A stretch of DNA of 63,405 nt, counting the filler, from Hyphochytrium catenoides (lineage: Eukaryota; Protista; Hyphochytriomycota): NCBI GenBank assembly GCA_900088475.1. It is 8 parts of 8 records of this genome, joined end to end, with 100 filler letters (N's around TTAATTAATTAA, not from the genome) between each part and the next. Parts side by side here need not be neighbours in the genome. Positions count along the whole stretch, not along the records: positions 1 to 1,229 come from FLMG01000882.1; positions 1,330 to 27,635 come from FLMG01002934.1; 6 more parts are not named here. One strand, 5' to 3'. This document shows, piece after piece, positions 1 through 12,925 of the stretch (position 1 is its first letter; the number at the start of each line of letters is the position of its first letter). The translations under genes and the position numbers were made by a program. Below the pieces are notes generated by a model, which did no database searches, was not told the DNA's origin, and was given only the letters and a program-made list of their open reading frames with translations.

Positions 1-1229
1 GATGGTGGTTACCACGGCCTCCCGCCGTGAGCTTGCAATGACACACTTTCTTCTTCTTGGAGAGTCCTCCGCTCCCTCTTTCACTGCTTGCCCTTCTGCC
101 CATAAAGGGAAACAGTCGTCGTAGTGAGGTTGGGGCATGTGGTAGAAAGAACTTACGAGACCAATCATCAATAATATCCTTAGTAGAAGAGCCTCAGTAT
201 TCTACTAATTACTGCTTGTGGGCGACAACTAAAGAAAGCACTACTAGCAATGACCAGTTCATTCTCGAATGATGATGTCCTCTTATTGCAAATAAGATCA
301 TTATCACTTGACATTCAATCGTATCAAATCTGGTATTTGATAGATTGGATGACTGTCTGAGAGCGGGAAATCTCCTCTCTCTCTCAGTTTGTCTTTTCCC
401 TCTCTCAGTGACGACTGATTCAGCTACTATGCAGCTCAGTCAGTCCTCTCTTCTGAGAGAAGTCGGCGACAGCTCCAACCCTTACGATCTGGTTAGTGGT
501 TGTATCACGAAAGGGAACTTTGGTCGGCCAAAGGACAGCCGGTGAAGAAACAGTATTCACCAGAAGGCCACGAACGCGCAGCATTCTTCCACTGCTACTG
601 TCGTCAGTAGTTGTAAACTCTTCCTCTTTACTGCTATTCTGGCAGTCGAGTCTGTCTTCTTTCATCTTCCGAGATATCAACAACGTTAGCACTTAGGTGG
701 AAAGAACGACAGGAGGACTTTACGGCGACAGAGAAGTCGCGCAGACAGATTGCGGTGTGCTTCGCATTACGAAGAGCAAGTGGTCATCAGCAGAAGCAAA
801 GCGGTTAGCAAACGAAGATAGTCGTCTCAGTGGCGACGAGGAATCAAGGTGAGCATTGAGGTATCTCATGTGCTTCCGCTCCTACGGTCAACGTAGAAAA
901 GCGGCGGTATCTTGATCAAACGCTTGGCTGAGGAATAAGCGCCTGGAGTGCCATCGGAAAAGGCAAAGGACACGAGATAATCACAGCACTAAGGAAGTGC
1001 AACACCTCCAAACAACGAATTCTGCTGGAAGCTGCTGTTGTGAGAACACGTAGTAGAGCTGGAGCCTGCCAACTCTAGAGATCAACGCCCAAGGACCAGA
1101 GAGAGAATAGTGGAGACATCTACCAGCAGCAGGGCCGTTGCTGCTCACTAAGGGTGGCCAAGGAGGGGCCACCATTAGCTTCTTTAAAAAGAGCATCGTC
1201 GCCACGATTTAGAGAAAGGCTTTCTCAGA

Positions 1230-1329
1230 NNNNNNNNNNNNNNNNNNNNNNNNNNNNNNNNNNNNNNNNNNNNTTAATTAATTAANNNNNNNNNNNNNNN
1301 NNNNNNNNNNNNNNNNNNNNNNNNNNNNN
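1230..1329. other. Artificial contig linker (N-TTAATTAATTAA-N, 100 bp). Identical cores at 1274-1285, 27680-27691, 28794-28805, 31224-31235, 45762-45773, 49853-49864 and 60904-60915.
   Basis: The same 12-mer, with stops in all six frames, sits inside N runs seven times. This is the standard spacer used to concatenate contigs. Confidence 0.97.
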
Positions 1330-1341
1330 TCTGCGAGCTTT

Positions 1342-2885
1342 GTGAACCTAAAGAGTCCGCTCATGGTAGAAAGATTGGGATTCGAAGATTGGAAAGACAA
1401 AGACGGACCTTCAGACAGGATGCGAGAGCTTGGAATAGTGGAGGAGCAACAGGAGGAGAAACACGGGGCCAAACCGAGAGAAGGGCAAGTGCTTACTATT
1501 GACATAGAGAAGAAAAAGAAAGGAGCAGCAGCATCAACTCCTGATTTTGTTGAACTTCCTGGTAGCACTTCGCTCTCTTCAAGAGGGAAAGAGACTACCG
1601 GGACGCTACAGAGTTATAGAGTCATCAGCCAAGACCTTCAGGGGTCACAAGAAAAAGAATTTCTCGCTCTCCCATCCGCTCTGCAGTGCTTAGGTGACCT
1701 GCCGGAAAGAAGAAGAGAAAGAGACGGGATAAGAAGTGAAAAAGATCTATCTCCCACACTAGGCAAGATGGTTCGGACATCACCAGGGGCCACAGAGGTC
1801 AAAGTGATCAGGTGAGCACAAGTCCGGGACCGGAACAAAATCTTGCATAGAAGAACGAGAAGGATGTAGAGAGAATTCTTGAGAGGAGGGAACTGAGAGA
1901 AAGAGAATCGAGAGGTCGGTAGCAGCAGTATCATCATAGGGCGAAAGAAGGCCTGTCGCTTACATGACCAGTGATCTTTTCTCTTCTCCGACGTCGCAGG
2001 CGCAAGAAGGAGACTGGAGTACGGATCTATCGGCTTCGGCCCCTGCAGGAGCCTCTTTACATCGACACGCACGAGGACACTCTTCTCTTCCTCTTGAACA
2101 AGCTCCACAAGTCCATCGGCTCTAGGTCTCAGATCACGCAGACTATCATCACTCCTGTGCTCTCTCCCCGGAAGCCAGCTCTGTCAATGTCAACGGAAGG
2201 AAGGAGAGAGAGACATTGGGAGTGGTGGATCACCTTTATCATAGGAAGAGAGTCTGCTCTCTTCATCTTCTCACTAGTCAATCTTCTTCTTCAGATTTTT
2301 ATGTTGATGGCAGCAAAGAGCGAGAGAGAAGCGGAGACAGAGAGGCAGGGAGGGTTCTCTTTGCTTTGGCTGGTGCTTCCAGTGCTACTTTGCGGCAGTT
2401 CCAACTGTTTCTTGCTTCTCCGCTGCCATCCCTCTCTCTTGAGGAAGGTGCTCCGCTCCTTTGACTTTGGATTACTTCTGCTCAACTTGGTGGAGTTCCT
2501 TGTGTGCTGCTGTTTTCTCCTTCATTGGGATATAAGGTCAGTAAGGGGAGACCAGGAGTGAGATCTGCTGAGGCCATCTCCTGCCTGCTGCTTGATTCTC
2601 GCCCATCATGCCTGGGACTGCTGCCTCTTCCTCGTTCTAACACAGTTGACCTCACATATTCATTTAAGGTTCTATCCTCCCTACCCCATCATCCCTTTTG
2701 CGCGCTTTACCTCTAAATCTACCTCCTCTCTCTCCTATTTCTTCTCCCTCCCCTCTCTCGTCTCTCTTCCTTTCTCTCTCTCTCTCTCTCTCTCTTTCTT
2801 TTTTCTTTCTCTTTCTCCTTCACTCTCGCTCGCTCTTTCTCATTCGTTCTCTCTCTTTCTTTCTCTCTCTCTATCTCTCTCTTCC

Positions 2886-2945
<60 letters not shown>

Positions 2946-3462
2946 TTCAAACACGTTGTCGCCAATTGTCTCTCCCTGATTGGATTATGTTTCTTTTGCC
3001 CTTAATAATCCCACCTACCTTCCTAACCCTATGTCTTTCTCTATATTCCACAGATGCTTGGTTCCGGCTTCCCTTGTCCTCACAGTCATGGCCGTGCTCA
3101 TCGGCCAAGATGCAATTCTCATGCTTCCATCTCGGCGACGCCTCTTTCTCCTCTCCGTCTTTACCTGTCTGCTGGTGAGCGAGATCCTGCTCGGGGTTTA
3201 TCTCGTGTACTTGCCAAGCGAAGGAATGACGTTTTTTGGTGGCGCTCTTTCAGTCTTCAGCCGCTCTCCGTTAAGTCTGGCATTGGACGCCCTCTTGACA
3301 GTCATCGCCTATACTCTGAGAAGCTTGCTCTCCATCGCAAGGCAGCCCGAAGTGTTGGTCATGGCCCTTTCTCGCATAGAGTACACCGTAGGCCAACTAG
3401 CACCTTCGGACCAGCCTGTCCTCACCCGCGCAGATACCACGCACATAGCATTTGGGCATTGA
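1342..3462 (+). CDS. Multi-pass transmembrane protein of unknown function, 3 exons (~1342-1811, 2000-2536, 3054-3462). The 5' end may be truncated at the contig edge.
   Basis: GT-AG introns 1812-1999 and 2537-3053 join ORFs 1342, 1971 and 2980 in frame (..VIR/RKKETG..; ..HWDIR/CLVP..). There are several hydrophobic helices. The 'LLRKVLRSFDFGLLLLN' segment resembles a stramenopile membrane-protein family, from recall. Confidence 0.7.
2755..2945. repeat. (CT)n/(CA)n microsatellite in intron 2
   Basis: Direct reading of long ctctct and cacaca runs. Confidence 0.95.
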
Positions 3463-4213
3463 CAAGAGAGAGAAATGTGTTGACAGGGAGAGAGAGATGT
3501 CGAAGGATCAGGGTAGACCTACCTCTGGGGACCAGTAGACTGTACGCATCAGATAAATGGCAAAAAAGAGTGAGAGGACAAAACAGACAACTCCATCTGG
3601 TCGAGGTGAAGGGAGGTAGTGCAGCATGAAGAGAGCGGGAGAGAGAGTTAAGAGAACGGCAAAGTAGTCCTCTCTCGCCTTCCCTCTCAGTTCCTTCTGC
3701 TGTGGCTCTGGTTGTTGCCCTTGTTATCGTGCGCTTTCCCTTGAGCTCTCCGCTACTTAGGTTACCACTAGAAAAAGTGCTGTCGGCCTGGTGCTGTCTG
3801 CTTGGCTTTGATCGTATCTTTGCCTGTTGCTGCTCTGCTGCGGGCAGTATGTGCTGCTCCCTCTCCACCCCATAACTCCCTCTCGCGCGCGCTCCCTCTG
3901 TCACTTCCTCCTTGTTTTGCTCTTTCTTTCTTCTACGTATCTATTTGTCAATGGTGGGTGGACTATGGGCCAGCGAGGGGCAGGGGAGAGGAAGAATGCC
4001 AGCGGGCTAGTCTATAAATATCGATAATCATTTTCTATCAACTCGAAAGACGAGAGGAAGTAGACCGAAGAGATAAGGGAATAGCAAGTAGCAAGCTGCG
4101 CCAAGAGAGAAGAAGAGAGAACAACCGGAAAAAGGAAGACCACATTGTATGAGAAGATGGGCAGCTACCAGCACAAGGGACTCAGCAGAAGAAGAGACAG
4201 ATGTCTGGTACAG

Positions 4214-7200
4214 CTAGCTGCCAGGAGCTAGCTCCATACTTCTGTGCACAAGGGCATTCAGCTTGGTCAACAAGCTCTCTCTTCTGTAGGGCTTCGTAAT
4301 GTAGCTCGACATCCCGGCCTCCAGCGCCCCTTGAACATGCTCTTCACGGGCATTTCCTGAGAGACCAATGACGGGAACAGGAGACATCTGATTCTCTATT
4401 TCCCACTTGCGAATCTCCTGGATGGCTTCCAGTCCATTCATTATGGGCACTGTCAACAGCAAACATGAAAGGAAAAGAGGACAAAAGCTCGTGTCAATTG
4501 ACTCAATCGCGTATCAAAAAAAAAAGGGAATAGTGGCCTTCTTACTCTCAACGTCCAGAAGCACGGCATGGAAGCGCAAGGAGGGCACCGGTTGATGCCT
4601 TTGAATGAGCTGAAACGCTTCTAAGCCATTCCCTGCCAGTACCGTCTGCATCTTCACCGCCCGCAGTTGACGGTCTAGAATTTTCTGGTTCAAAGGGTTG
4701 TCATCAACGATCAGAACTCGCATGCCAGCCAGTTGCTCATGAGCGTTCTTCCCATTGCACTCTTTTCCCCCCTCCTCCTGCTTATCATCGCTGGTGGGCA
4801 ATGGCTCCTTCTTGTCACCAGCAGCATGAGCTTTGATCCCAGCATTTCCTCCCTTCTCCAAAGGAAAGCAGCGGGCTGTAAAGGTGAAGGAGGTACCCAC
4901 GCCTTGCTTGCTTTTGAGAGAGATGCGACCTCCAAGCCGCTCAACGATCATGCGACAGATAAAGAGCCCCATACCTAAAGGGCAGACAGATGATAAGTAA
5001 AATGACTCCAAATGGTGCGCGCAGGAGCATTAGATGTAGAGGAACAAAGAAATGCAGATACTGATCTATGTGATGATGGCACTATCAGAGGGCGGCGGAA
5101 AAGTTAAGCCTAACCATTAACACAGGAGTCAAGTCTAGTAAGACAAGACGGAGTCTAGAGAGAGGCACAACGACGAACTCTTCAGCAAGGGACTGCGAGG
5201 GAGTGTAGAGGAACAGGAGTACGACGCAGTGCCGACAGGTAATAAGGACGAATGTTTAGGAGACAAGGGAGAGTACCTGAGCCGCCATAGTCTCTATAAG
5301 TCTTCATGTTGGCTTGGGAGAAGGGCTTAAAAAGCTGGGTTTGCTCCTCCATTGACATCCCAATGCCTGTGTCCTCAACCGTAAACTGGAGAAGATGATG
5401 AGGCTCGTCCTTCTTCTCCTTCTCATCCGTCGACTCTTCACCACTATAACCCTCAGTCGGACCCGCAGCTAGTCTAATTGAGAGCTGCCTGGTCGCACAC
5501 TTCTCCATAAACTTGATAGCATTAGAGATTATGTTGACCAGCACCTGCTTAATGCGCTTCTGATCGCCCAAGACGGAGCTCGGGACGAGTTGGGTCTCCT
5601 CCTCGGGCGGCATGTAGATCGACACCAAGATGCCCTTCGTGTCCAGCGCAGATTCGAACATTCGCATGATATCTTTGATCAACTGCCGTGGCTGAAAGGG
5701 CTCTCTCAGGACTGAGAAATGGTTGGATTGCAGTCGAGAGAGCTCTAAGACGTCATCGGCAATGACCTTCTGATGGTTAGCACACAGCTCGATAGCTCTC
5801 AGCAGCTTCTGGTCGTTCTGGATCTGTGTCATTGCCTCGTCCCTGACGTTCCCATCGTACCAGTACACCTTCATCGGGTTCTCCAGCCGCTCCCGTAGCT
5901 GTTCTGTGCTGGTCTTTAACAGCTCTGCGATGTTCATGATGTTGCTGATTGGATTGCGAATTTCATGCGAGATCACGTCGACAAAAGCTTGCAAACGACG
6001 ACGATTCTCCTCCGCTTCCTCCGCGCGTTTACGCTGCTCCGTCTCTGTCCGCTGAACAGCCTGCAGATTCTCCTCTTCTAGCTCTTTGATCCTCGACACG
6101 TCCGTCGCCACTCCTAGGAGTCCATTGAACTGCCCATCTCTAAAGAGAGGGATCTGCCGAGCGATGAGGACTACCTGTGAGCCATCCCTCCTAATTACTC
6201 TGTACTCATCCAGAGTGGACTCGAGATGGTCCTCCAGTCCCATCCGGATAAACTCCTGGGCACGTTCCAGGTCGTCCGGGTGCACTTTGGGGGACCAGTT
6301 ATTGGGATCCTCTCCCTCCTGAAGCATCACAATCCTCTTCCAAGCCTGATTAACGAACGTGATGCGCCCATCTTTATCAAAGTAGTAGATTGCAGCGGGA
6401 ACATTCTCAGCCAGCTCTCGATATCGCTCTTCGTTCTCCCTCAACTCCTTTGTCTGCTCTGCCAGCTGCTTCTCCAGCTTCTCTCGAGTCATAGCCACCG
6501 TTAGATGGAAACTGACCCGTGCCAACAGCTCTTTCTTGGAGAAAGGTTTGACTAGATAGTCATCGGCTCCGTGCTTCAGACCCTCTAGACGAGACTCTTC
6601 TCCCGCCCGCGCGGACAATAGAATGACAGGTAGTCTTCCGGTCGCTTGGCCGTTAATGCCCTTCCGGATATGTCCCAATAGCTCTAACCCATCCATCTGA
6701 GGCATCATCACGTCCGAGATGATCATATTTGGCAGGTCTATGGACGGGTCTCCAAGATAGTCAAAGGCTTCTAGCCCGTTGCTCTTGACTGTGACTTTAA
6801 ACTTGGGGAGAAGAATGGAGGAGATGTAGCTTCGCATGTCAGGATTGTCATCAACCAACAGAATGGAGCCTGTGCACATGATAGGCATATCGTCCATAGC
6901 GCCCTTTCCCCCTTCCTGCAAATCTCTTTCAGCAGACGACTCCTCCTTTCCAGGGAGCCAGCGGAGAGCCTCCTCGACGAAAGCCTGGCCTTGAAGCGAG
7001 GGACCCTTGTCCATCGATGACTTGGGGACATTCGAGGGAGGAATGTCACTCGACGCCTCGCGCAACGGGACACGGACTGTGAAAGTTGTTCCCTGGCCCA
7101 GAATAGACTGAACCTCTACGGTTCCACCTAGGAGCTGCGTCAACTCACAGATCAAAGAGCAGCCTATCCCTGAGCCTTCAAAGCTACGGCCCCGAGCACC

Positions 7201-8844
7201 CTCCACGCGGTGAAAGCGTGCGAAGAGCCGTGGCAGGTCACTTTCAGGTATGCCGATGCCCGTGTCAGCCACCGTCAGCACTGCCATCTCACCCTCACGC
7301 TGCAGCCGGACTGCTACTTCGCCCTGAAGCGTAAATTTAAAAGCATTAGACAGAAGGTTGAGAATGATCTTCTCCCACATGTCAGGATCCAGGTAGACCT
7401 GACCAGCAGGGAAGGCGTCAGTATCAACTGTGAACCGCAGCTTCGCATCATCGAAGGCGGACTGGAACATGCACGCGATGTTGCGGGTCAAGGCCGCGAC
7501 ATTGATTGGCTTGTAGTTCGGTTGGTGTCTGTTTGCCTCAATGCGAGAGAACTCCAACAATGAGTTCACCAGCTTTAGCAGGAGAAGCGTGTTTCGATGC
7601 GCCATCTCCACTCGATTCTGTACCCTTGGAGCCAGGTCTGGAAGCTGCAGTACCTCCTTCAAGCTGGCCAAACCAAGATGCAGCGGCGTCCTGAACTCAT
7701 GAGAGATGTTCTGAAAGAAGGCTGTCTTCGCACGGTTAAGATCTTCCAAAGCCTTTGCGCGTTTTCTTTCTTGCTCATAGGCCCGGGCTGAGATGATGGC
7801 GCTGGCCAACTGGTTGCAGACCAGATCAAGAAACGCTTGATAGTCCTCGTTCAATCTTTTCATCGGGTTTATCCCAAGGCAAAGCACCCCAATGAGCTCT
7901 TCAGCACCACTCGAGGACTTCAGAGGAAGGACCACGGCGTGATCGGGGCACTTCTCCCACTGCCCGCTTGGCAGCTTCCCAAACCTGGGAGCCAGGCCAT
8001 CCAGTTGCACCATTGTACCTTTCGAGAGCACTCTATGCAAACCCCAAGAGTCCTCAGATACTTCTCCGTCCTCAGGGGAGACTTCAATCTTGATGGGGAT
8101 CTTGTCCCTTGGGAAGTCCTTACAAACAGCTTTCAGTACCGCCTCTTTTCCTTCCAAGAGGTAGCAGAAAGCGAACGGAATGTCTGCTGTCTCTTCAGAG
8201 AAAACGTCCATCGAGGCCTGAACCACAGCGTCCGCGTTAGTGAGCAGCGAGGTCCGACTGGAGAGGAGACGCAGCATCTTCATTCGTCTCTCCGCTATGA
8301 CTCTCTGGGTGGTCTCAGTAACAGGAGTAAGGATCCCGCCCACGGTGCCGTCGCTCTGTATGACAGGTCCATAGGAGAAGGTGAAATAGCATTCCTCATC
8401 ATAGCCATTCCTGAACAGAGTCATCAGAAGATCTTCGCTCCAGTGCCCCACCTTCCTCGATGCGATGCCGTGAAACAGCGGACCCACGATGTCATCCCAG
8501 ATCTCAGAGAAGAGAATAGAGCAAGGAAGGCCCAATGCTTCCGGGTGTTTGGCGCCTAGAATGGAGATGTAGGCGTCATTATAGAGACAGATGAAGTCAG
8601 GGCCCCAGGAGAGAATCATCGGGAACTTGGAGCTCAACATGTTGGACAGACTGGTGAGGAGACAGGGTGGCCAGCTGTGTAGAGGACCAAGAGGCGTCTT
8701 GGACCAATCTTTGTCAATGATCATCTGCGCCATCTCACTGCTGATGTTACAGCTGCCTCGCAGCCATTCCACAGCTTCCCAGGAGCAGGTGTCGCCCTTC
8801 TGAAGCGGCCTGACGACGAGCCCATTCTGGTGCTGCTGAGTCAT
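4214..8844 (-). CDS. Dual hybrid sensor histidine kinase, ~1410 aa, 3 exons (8844-5277, 4974-4546, 4449-4214). Order: PAS-like/GAF - HisKA - HATPase - REC - PAS - HisKA - HATPase - REC.
   Basis: H-boxes NISHEFRTPL and VISHEIRNP; N-boxes NLLSNAFKFT and NIISNAIKF; two DTGIG G1 boxes; receivers ISDVMMPQMDG and LLDVE/MPIMNG. Introns 5276-4975 and 4545-4450 are GT-AG and restore GGSG-MGLFI and DVE-MP in frame. Confidence 0.95.
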
Positions 8845-9360
8845 CGTCTTCCCTGCCTTGCGGCCGAAAGAAGGGAAATAATATGAGGGACCGACGGACC
8901 CCGCTGTTATCTATCTCTGTGCAAATTGCCCAGCAGCACACACTTCCGAGGGCTCCTTCCCTTTCTACTTCCGTTGTCAACTCAGTTGAAGACGGCCGCT
9001 TGCCGCGCCACCAGCTGTGTAAGAATCGCTGGTGGTGGCTCTAGCGCTGACAAAGAAGATGCATCATGTTGGCCTGTCTCCTGATGATAAAAGCTGCGGC
9101 GGGAGATGCTGTTGTGGCCGTTGGTCAAGTGCTTCTGGAAGTTGATCCGAGGCTTCAGAGATCGATGGACCTTCTAGCCACGCTCCTCCTCCTCTCCTCC
9201 GTCGTCTTCTCTGTCGACACTTCTGTAGGTGACCGACAGCAAGGCAGCAGGAGGTAGAAGTCTTTTGCTGAGCAGGTGACAGAACACAGGAGAAGGAAAG
9301 AGAGAGGGAGGTCGTCGGTGCTCTNNNNNNNNNNNNNNNNNNNNNNNNNNNNNNNNNNNN

Positions 9361-9624
9361 GAGAGAGAGAGAGAGAGAGAGAGAGAGGTGTGAGAGAGAG
9401 AGAGAGAGTAGGAGAAACAGGATAGAAAGAGCGAAATGAGGTATCAGAATCAAGGGAAGCAGATATCCAGACCCATAAGAGATGAAGGGATGGACCATAA
9501 GACTAAGAAACACCAGAGGGAAACCAAGATAATCAAATGAGAGAGAAAGAGAGAGGGAAGAGAGGAGAGAGAGAGAGGGAAGAGAGGAGAGAGAGAGAGA
9601 GAGAGGGAAGAGAGGAGAGAGAGA
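9361..9624. repeat. (GA)n-rich tracts flanked by assembly gaps
   Basis: Direct reading. Confidence 0.9.
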
Positions 9625-11984
9625 NNNNNNNNNNNNNNNNNNNNNNNNNNNNNNNNNNNNNNNNNNNNNNNNNNNNNNNNAGATTAACCTCTCTTTGCTT
9701 CTGTTTGTAGTGGAAGGAAATATTTCACCCAATGCTATCTCCTTGTTGATAGTCATCTCTGTATCTTTCAGTCTTAGGTTTCTGTCCTTCCCGTTTGTTC
9801 TCATTCGTTGCCAACGGGTATCTACCACCCTGATACCCTCGCCTCGCCCCACTCTCCCTCGAAAGTCCTCTAACCTTTTACCCCGCTTTCGTATATCCCA
9901 CGCCTCCCTGGCTTCCTCGCTGTGTGTCGGCCTCCCCAGCGCGCCTGTCCAACAGCAGCACATAAGCCGTCAGGGCCGCGTCAGCTGGAGGAGACGCAGA
10001 TGTTGCTGTTCGAGCGTCAGACGTGGTCAGAGGTCATAAGGGCATCCCGTAGGTAGACGGAGTCATTCTACTGCTTTGGACGAAGGGAAAGATGGTACTC
10101 GTAGGAAGGAGAGAGGATAACCAGAGGAAAGGAAGCACGTCCTAGCTAGTTGCTAGGGGAAGGGCAGCAGGCACTCGAAAACTTGAGACCATTTGAGGTG
10201 AAGGATTGGAACAAGTGCACTGCATTGCATTGTAAACTAGCGGTAGTTCCTTCTTATGGTCCATTCTCAGGTCATTATTATGGGTGCGATGGCAGTGAGC
10301 CCTCCTGGCCCCTAATTTTTCCTACGAGTACTACTTTTAGATAGCTTTGGTGTGCACTCTCGTCGCCGTTGGCATTCCACACCGAAGGGTCGCGATGCTG
10401 AGCAAGGAGGAGGAACGGAGGTGAGGCGGTGAAGGTAGAAAGAGAACGTCAGTCAATTGTTGCCCCCCTTTCTAGAAAGCAAATGAAAGAAGGTTACCGT
10501 CCTCCGCCTCTTGCCATCCAGCGTACTTGATACTCCGTAGTAGTATAGCTATGCGGTGCTGTTGTTGCCACCTGTTCTTTCCCTGGATGAGGCGATGAAG
10601 CAGCAGCAAGTGGGAGCTTGTTACGTCACCGCCCGGCCCAAACACGTTGCTTTAGTTAGTACGCTATTCTCCTAGCAGTAGTAGAAGAGGCAATACTTCT
10701 TCACCAAACACCTTCTGCGAATCTCCTCCTAACGGCCATCATGCAGGAAGAAGAAGGAGGGGAGGCAAAAGCCAGCTAACCTAGCACTTGCACTAGTCAG
10801 AATACGCGCAGGTGTCAGAAGGAGAAGGAGTGGGAAGAAGCAGGACTACTGTTGTGGTCAGCAGGCCAGCCTCATCATCACCTCCTCCTCGCAGCAATTG
10901 TCGGGGTACGTAGGAGACCGTGGTCTGGCCGTTGAAGGAGGAGCGGGCTAAAATCTATGCAACAGCAGCTTTCTCCTCTTCGCCCTCCTCCATCGGCCCT
11001 AAACTTTAGGCGACAATCAGGCTTCGAATCCCCTCCATATTCTGGTGTTAGCTTGCCCCCACTTTGCTAGACGTCCTGCCGCCGCTCCACTCACAATTGT
11101 ATACAGTTCCCTCGTCGTCAGTGGTCTCTTCTACGTTAGAAGAAACCCAGTAGGGGTTAAAATATCATGATGAAGAAGAGTAATAAAGATCAAATCGCTA
11201 AAGAGGGACAGAAGACAACTGAGGAGTGCTAGAGAGCTTAGAGAAGGGGTCCCAGACCACATGTCTAGGTCCAGAAGAGAAGAAGTCGCCCGCCGCTACC
11301 CTATCATCCTTTGCTGCACGCTGTACGTCGCCCTCGATGAGTAGCGTGCTGAGGGCTGAGAGAGCACCGGCCCGAATCAGGGAGGCCTGGCGGCAGTAGC
11401 GTCTATTTACTTTGAGCTGGTAGGATAGAGTAAGTGAAGCAGCGTGCCCGACTACTGTCGGCAGCAGCAGCAGGCAGTAGCTGTATAAGCACTTCCTACT
11501 AGTGGCTCTCCGATGTGTGTTGACCCCTTGATAGGCTATATTCTATTTTCAACCATAATAAATCTTGACTATCAAGGGGTCAAGCGGTAGGCGTCCCTTC
11601 AAGAGGAACACCCGCCCCCTCGCCGCACCTCGTCCGCTACTAGGGATAGAATGAAGACAAACCAGACACAATTTCTCCGATTTATTTGTTCCTCTGGTTG
11701 CTGCCGTGATCAGTCGAGGAGGAAGAGGACGAGGTAGCAAGGAGGACATGAAGGGCATGAAGAACGAATCAAAAGCAGCAACAAAAGCAGCCTGGAAGAA
11801 GGAGCCTACATTGCTTGCCCCGTCGCTGCCTCCTCCTTCTCTACTATCTGTTATTGACCATAATAATAAAGCGGCAAACTACGGCTGGCAAGCACGATCG
11901 AGCAACTCTCTGGTCTAATGGTGATGATGTACTGCTGGATCAAGAAGATACTGTCTGTAAGAGAGGAGGAGCAAGGCCCAGGCG

Positions 11985-12925
11985 GTGAGTTTGCAGACAT
12001 GAACTTGACACGCATCCTCACCACTGGGTACTCGCGGAAGGCCAACTGTAAAGTCCATTGTAACTGTGTGCCACGGGCGTGGAGGAATATCCAACGGGTT
12101 AAGCAGTCCTGCCGGCACTTGATTGTCTGTTTTAGTACGTTGACAAGTCTCGCACGTGCCAACAAACTCGCGTACATCTTTGACCAAACTTGGCCAATAA
12201 TAGAGTGTAGACAGGGAGTGTATGGTCTTCGTTACACCAGGGTGACCAGCCAGGGGTGACGTGTGAGCTGCGTCCAGCAACTTTATAATGAGAGACTTTT
12301 TCCGAAGAATGACCACTCTACCGTTTTCCCGACGACGTAAGAGTAGACCATCCTTTAAAGCAAACTTGCGTTGAAACCAGCTTTGGTCAGACGTCTCTTG
12401 CAACGATCGCCCTTGACGTAGGACGACTTGATCTCCTCTGCGAATCTCGAAGTGTACATATAAACAGGTAGCGCTCGGTGGGTGACTTCCGACTGCGCAG
12501 CCTCTTCATCATGATTTGTAGTGTAAGGAAATCTAGAGAGTGCATCGGCGACGACATTCTTGTCTCCCTTCAAATATTGAATTTACCAAATTCATACTCC
12601 TGCAGGAGCTCTAACCACCGGACCTGGCGCTTATTATTAAGATTTTTCTGCGTCTTCTGTAGATACTCGAGAGGGGCATGGTCCGTCTTAAGAACAAATC
12701 GTTGAAGCCAGATACACCGACCAGACGAATAAGGCATAGACATTTGCGAGAGCTTCCCTGTCATGAGTCGCATACCGTCTTTCTGTTTCGTTCAACTTTC
12801 GGGAGGACAAGAATGCTACGGGTTGCAGACCTAGACCTTGATCTTGCAAAAGGACCGCTCCCACAGCAGTGTCGGAAGCGTCAGTCTGAACCACGAAAGG
12901 TTTCGAAGGGTTGGGCATGTTTCCA
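11985..12925 (-). mobile_element. Degenerate Ty3/gypsy LTR-retrotransposon pol fragment (RNase H, integrase zinc-binding domain and start of the integrase core), frameshifted
   Basis: PFVVQTDASDTAVGAVLLQ, YATHDREALA, TDHAPLEYL, RQVRWLELLQEY, KGDKNVVADALSR, H..PLAGHPGVTKT...YYWP...CETCQRTK, PWHTVTMDFTVGLP. These are split over four frames. No RT, LTRs or complete DDE triad were seen. Confidence 0.95.

Noticed and set aside
480-600. RELWSAKGQPVKKQYSPEGHERAAF, faintly IS630/Tc1-like
   Set aside because: Too short, with no DDE residues identifiable.
6086-8803. + strand ORFs inside the histidine kinase, and the antisense ORFs 46958-47629 and 49110-49667
   Set aside because: They are shadows of real genes on the opposite strand, with no independent motifs.
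9064-9963. 299-aa - strand ORF upstream of the kinase
   Set aside because: It spans N gaps and microsatellite, and is more likely 5' UTR or intron sequence.
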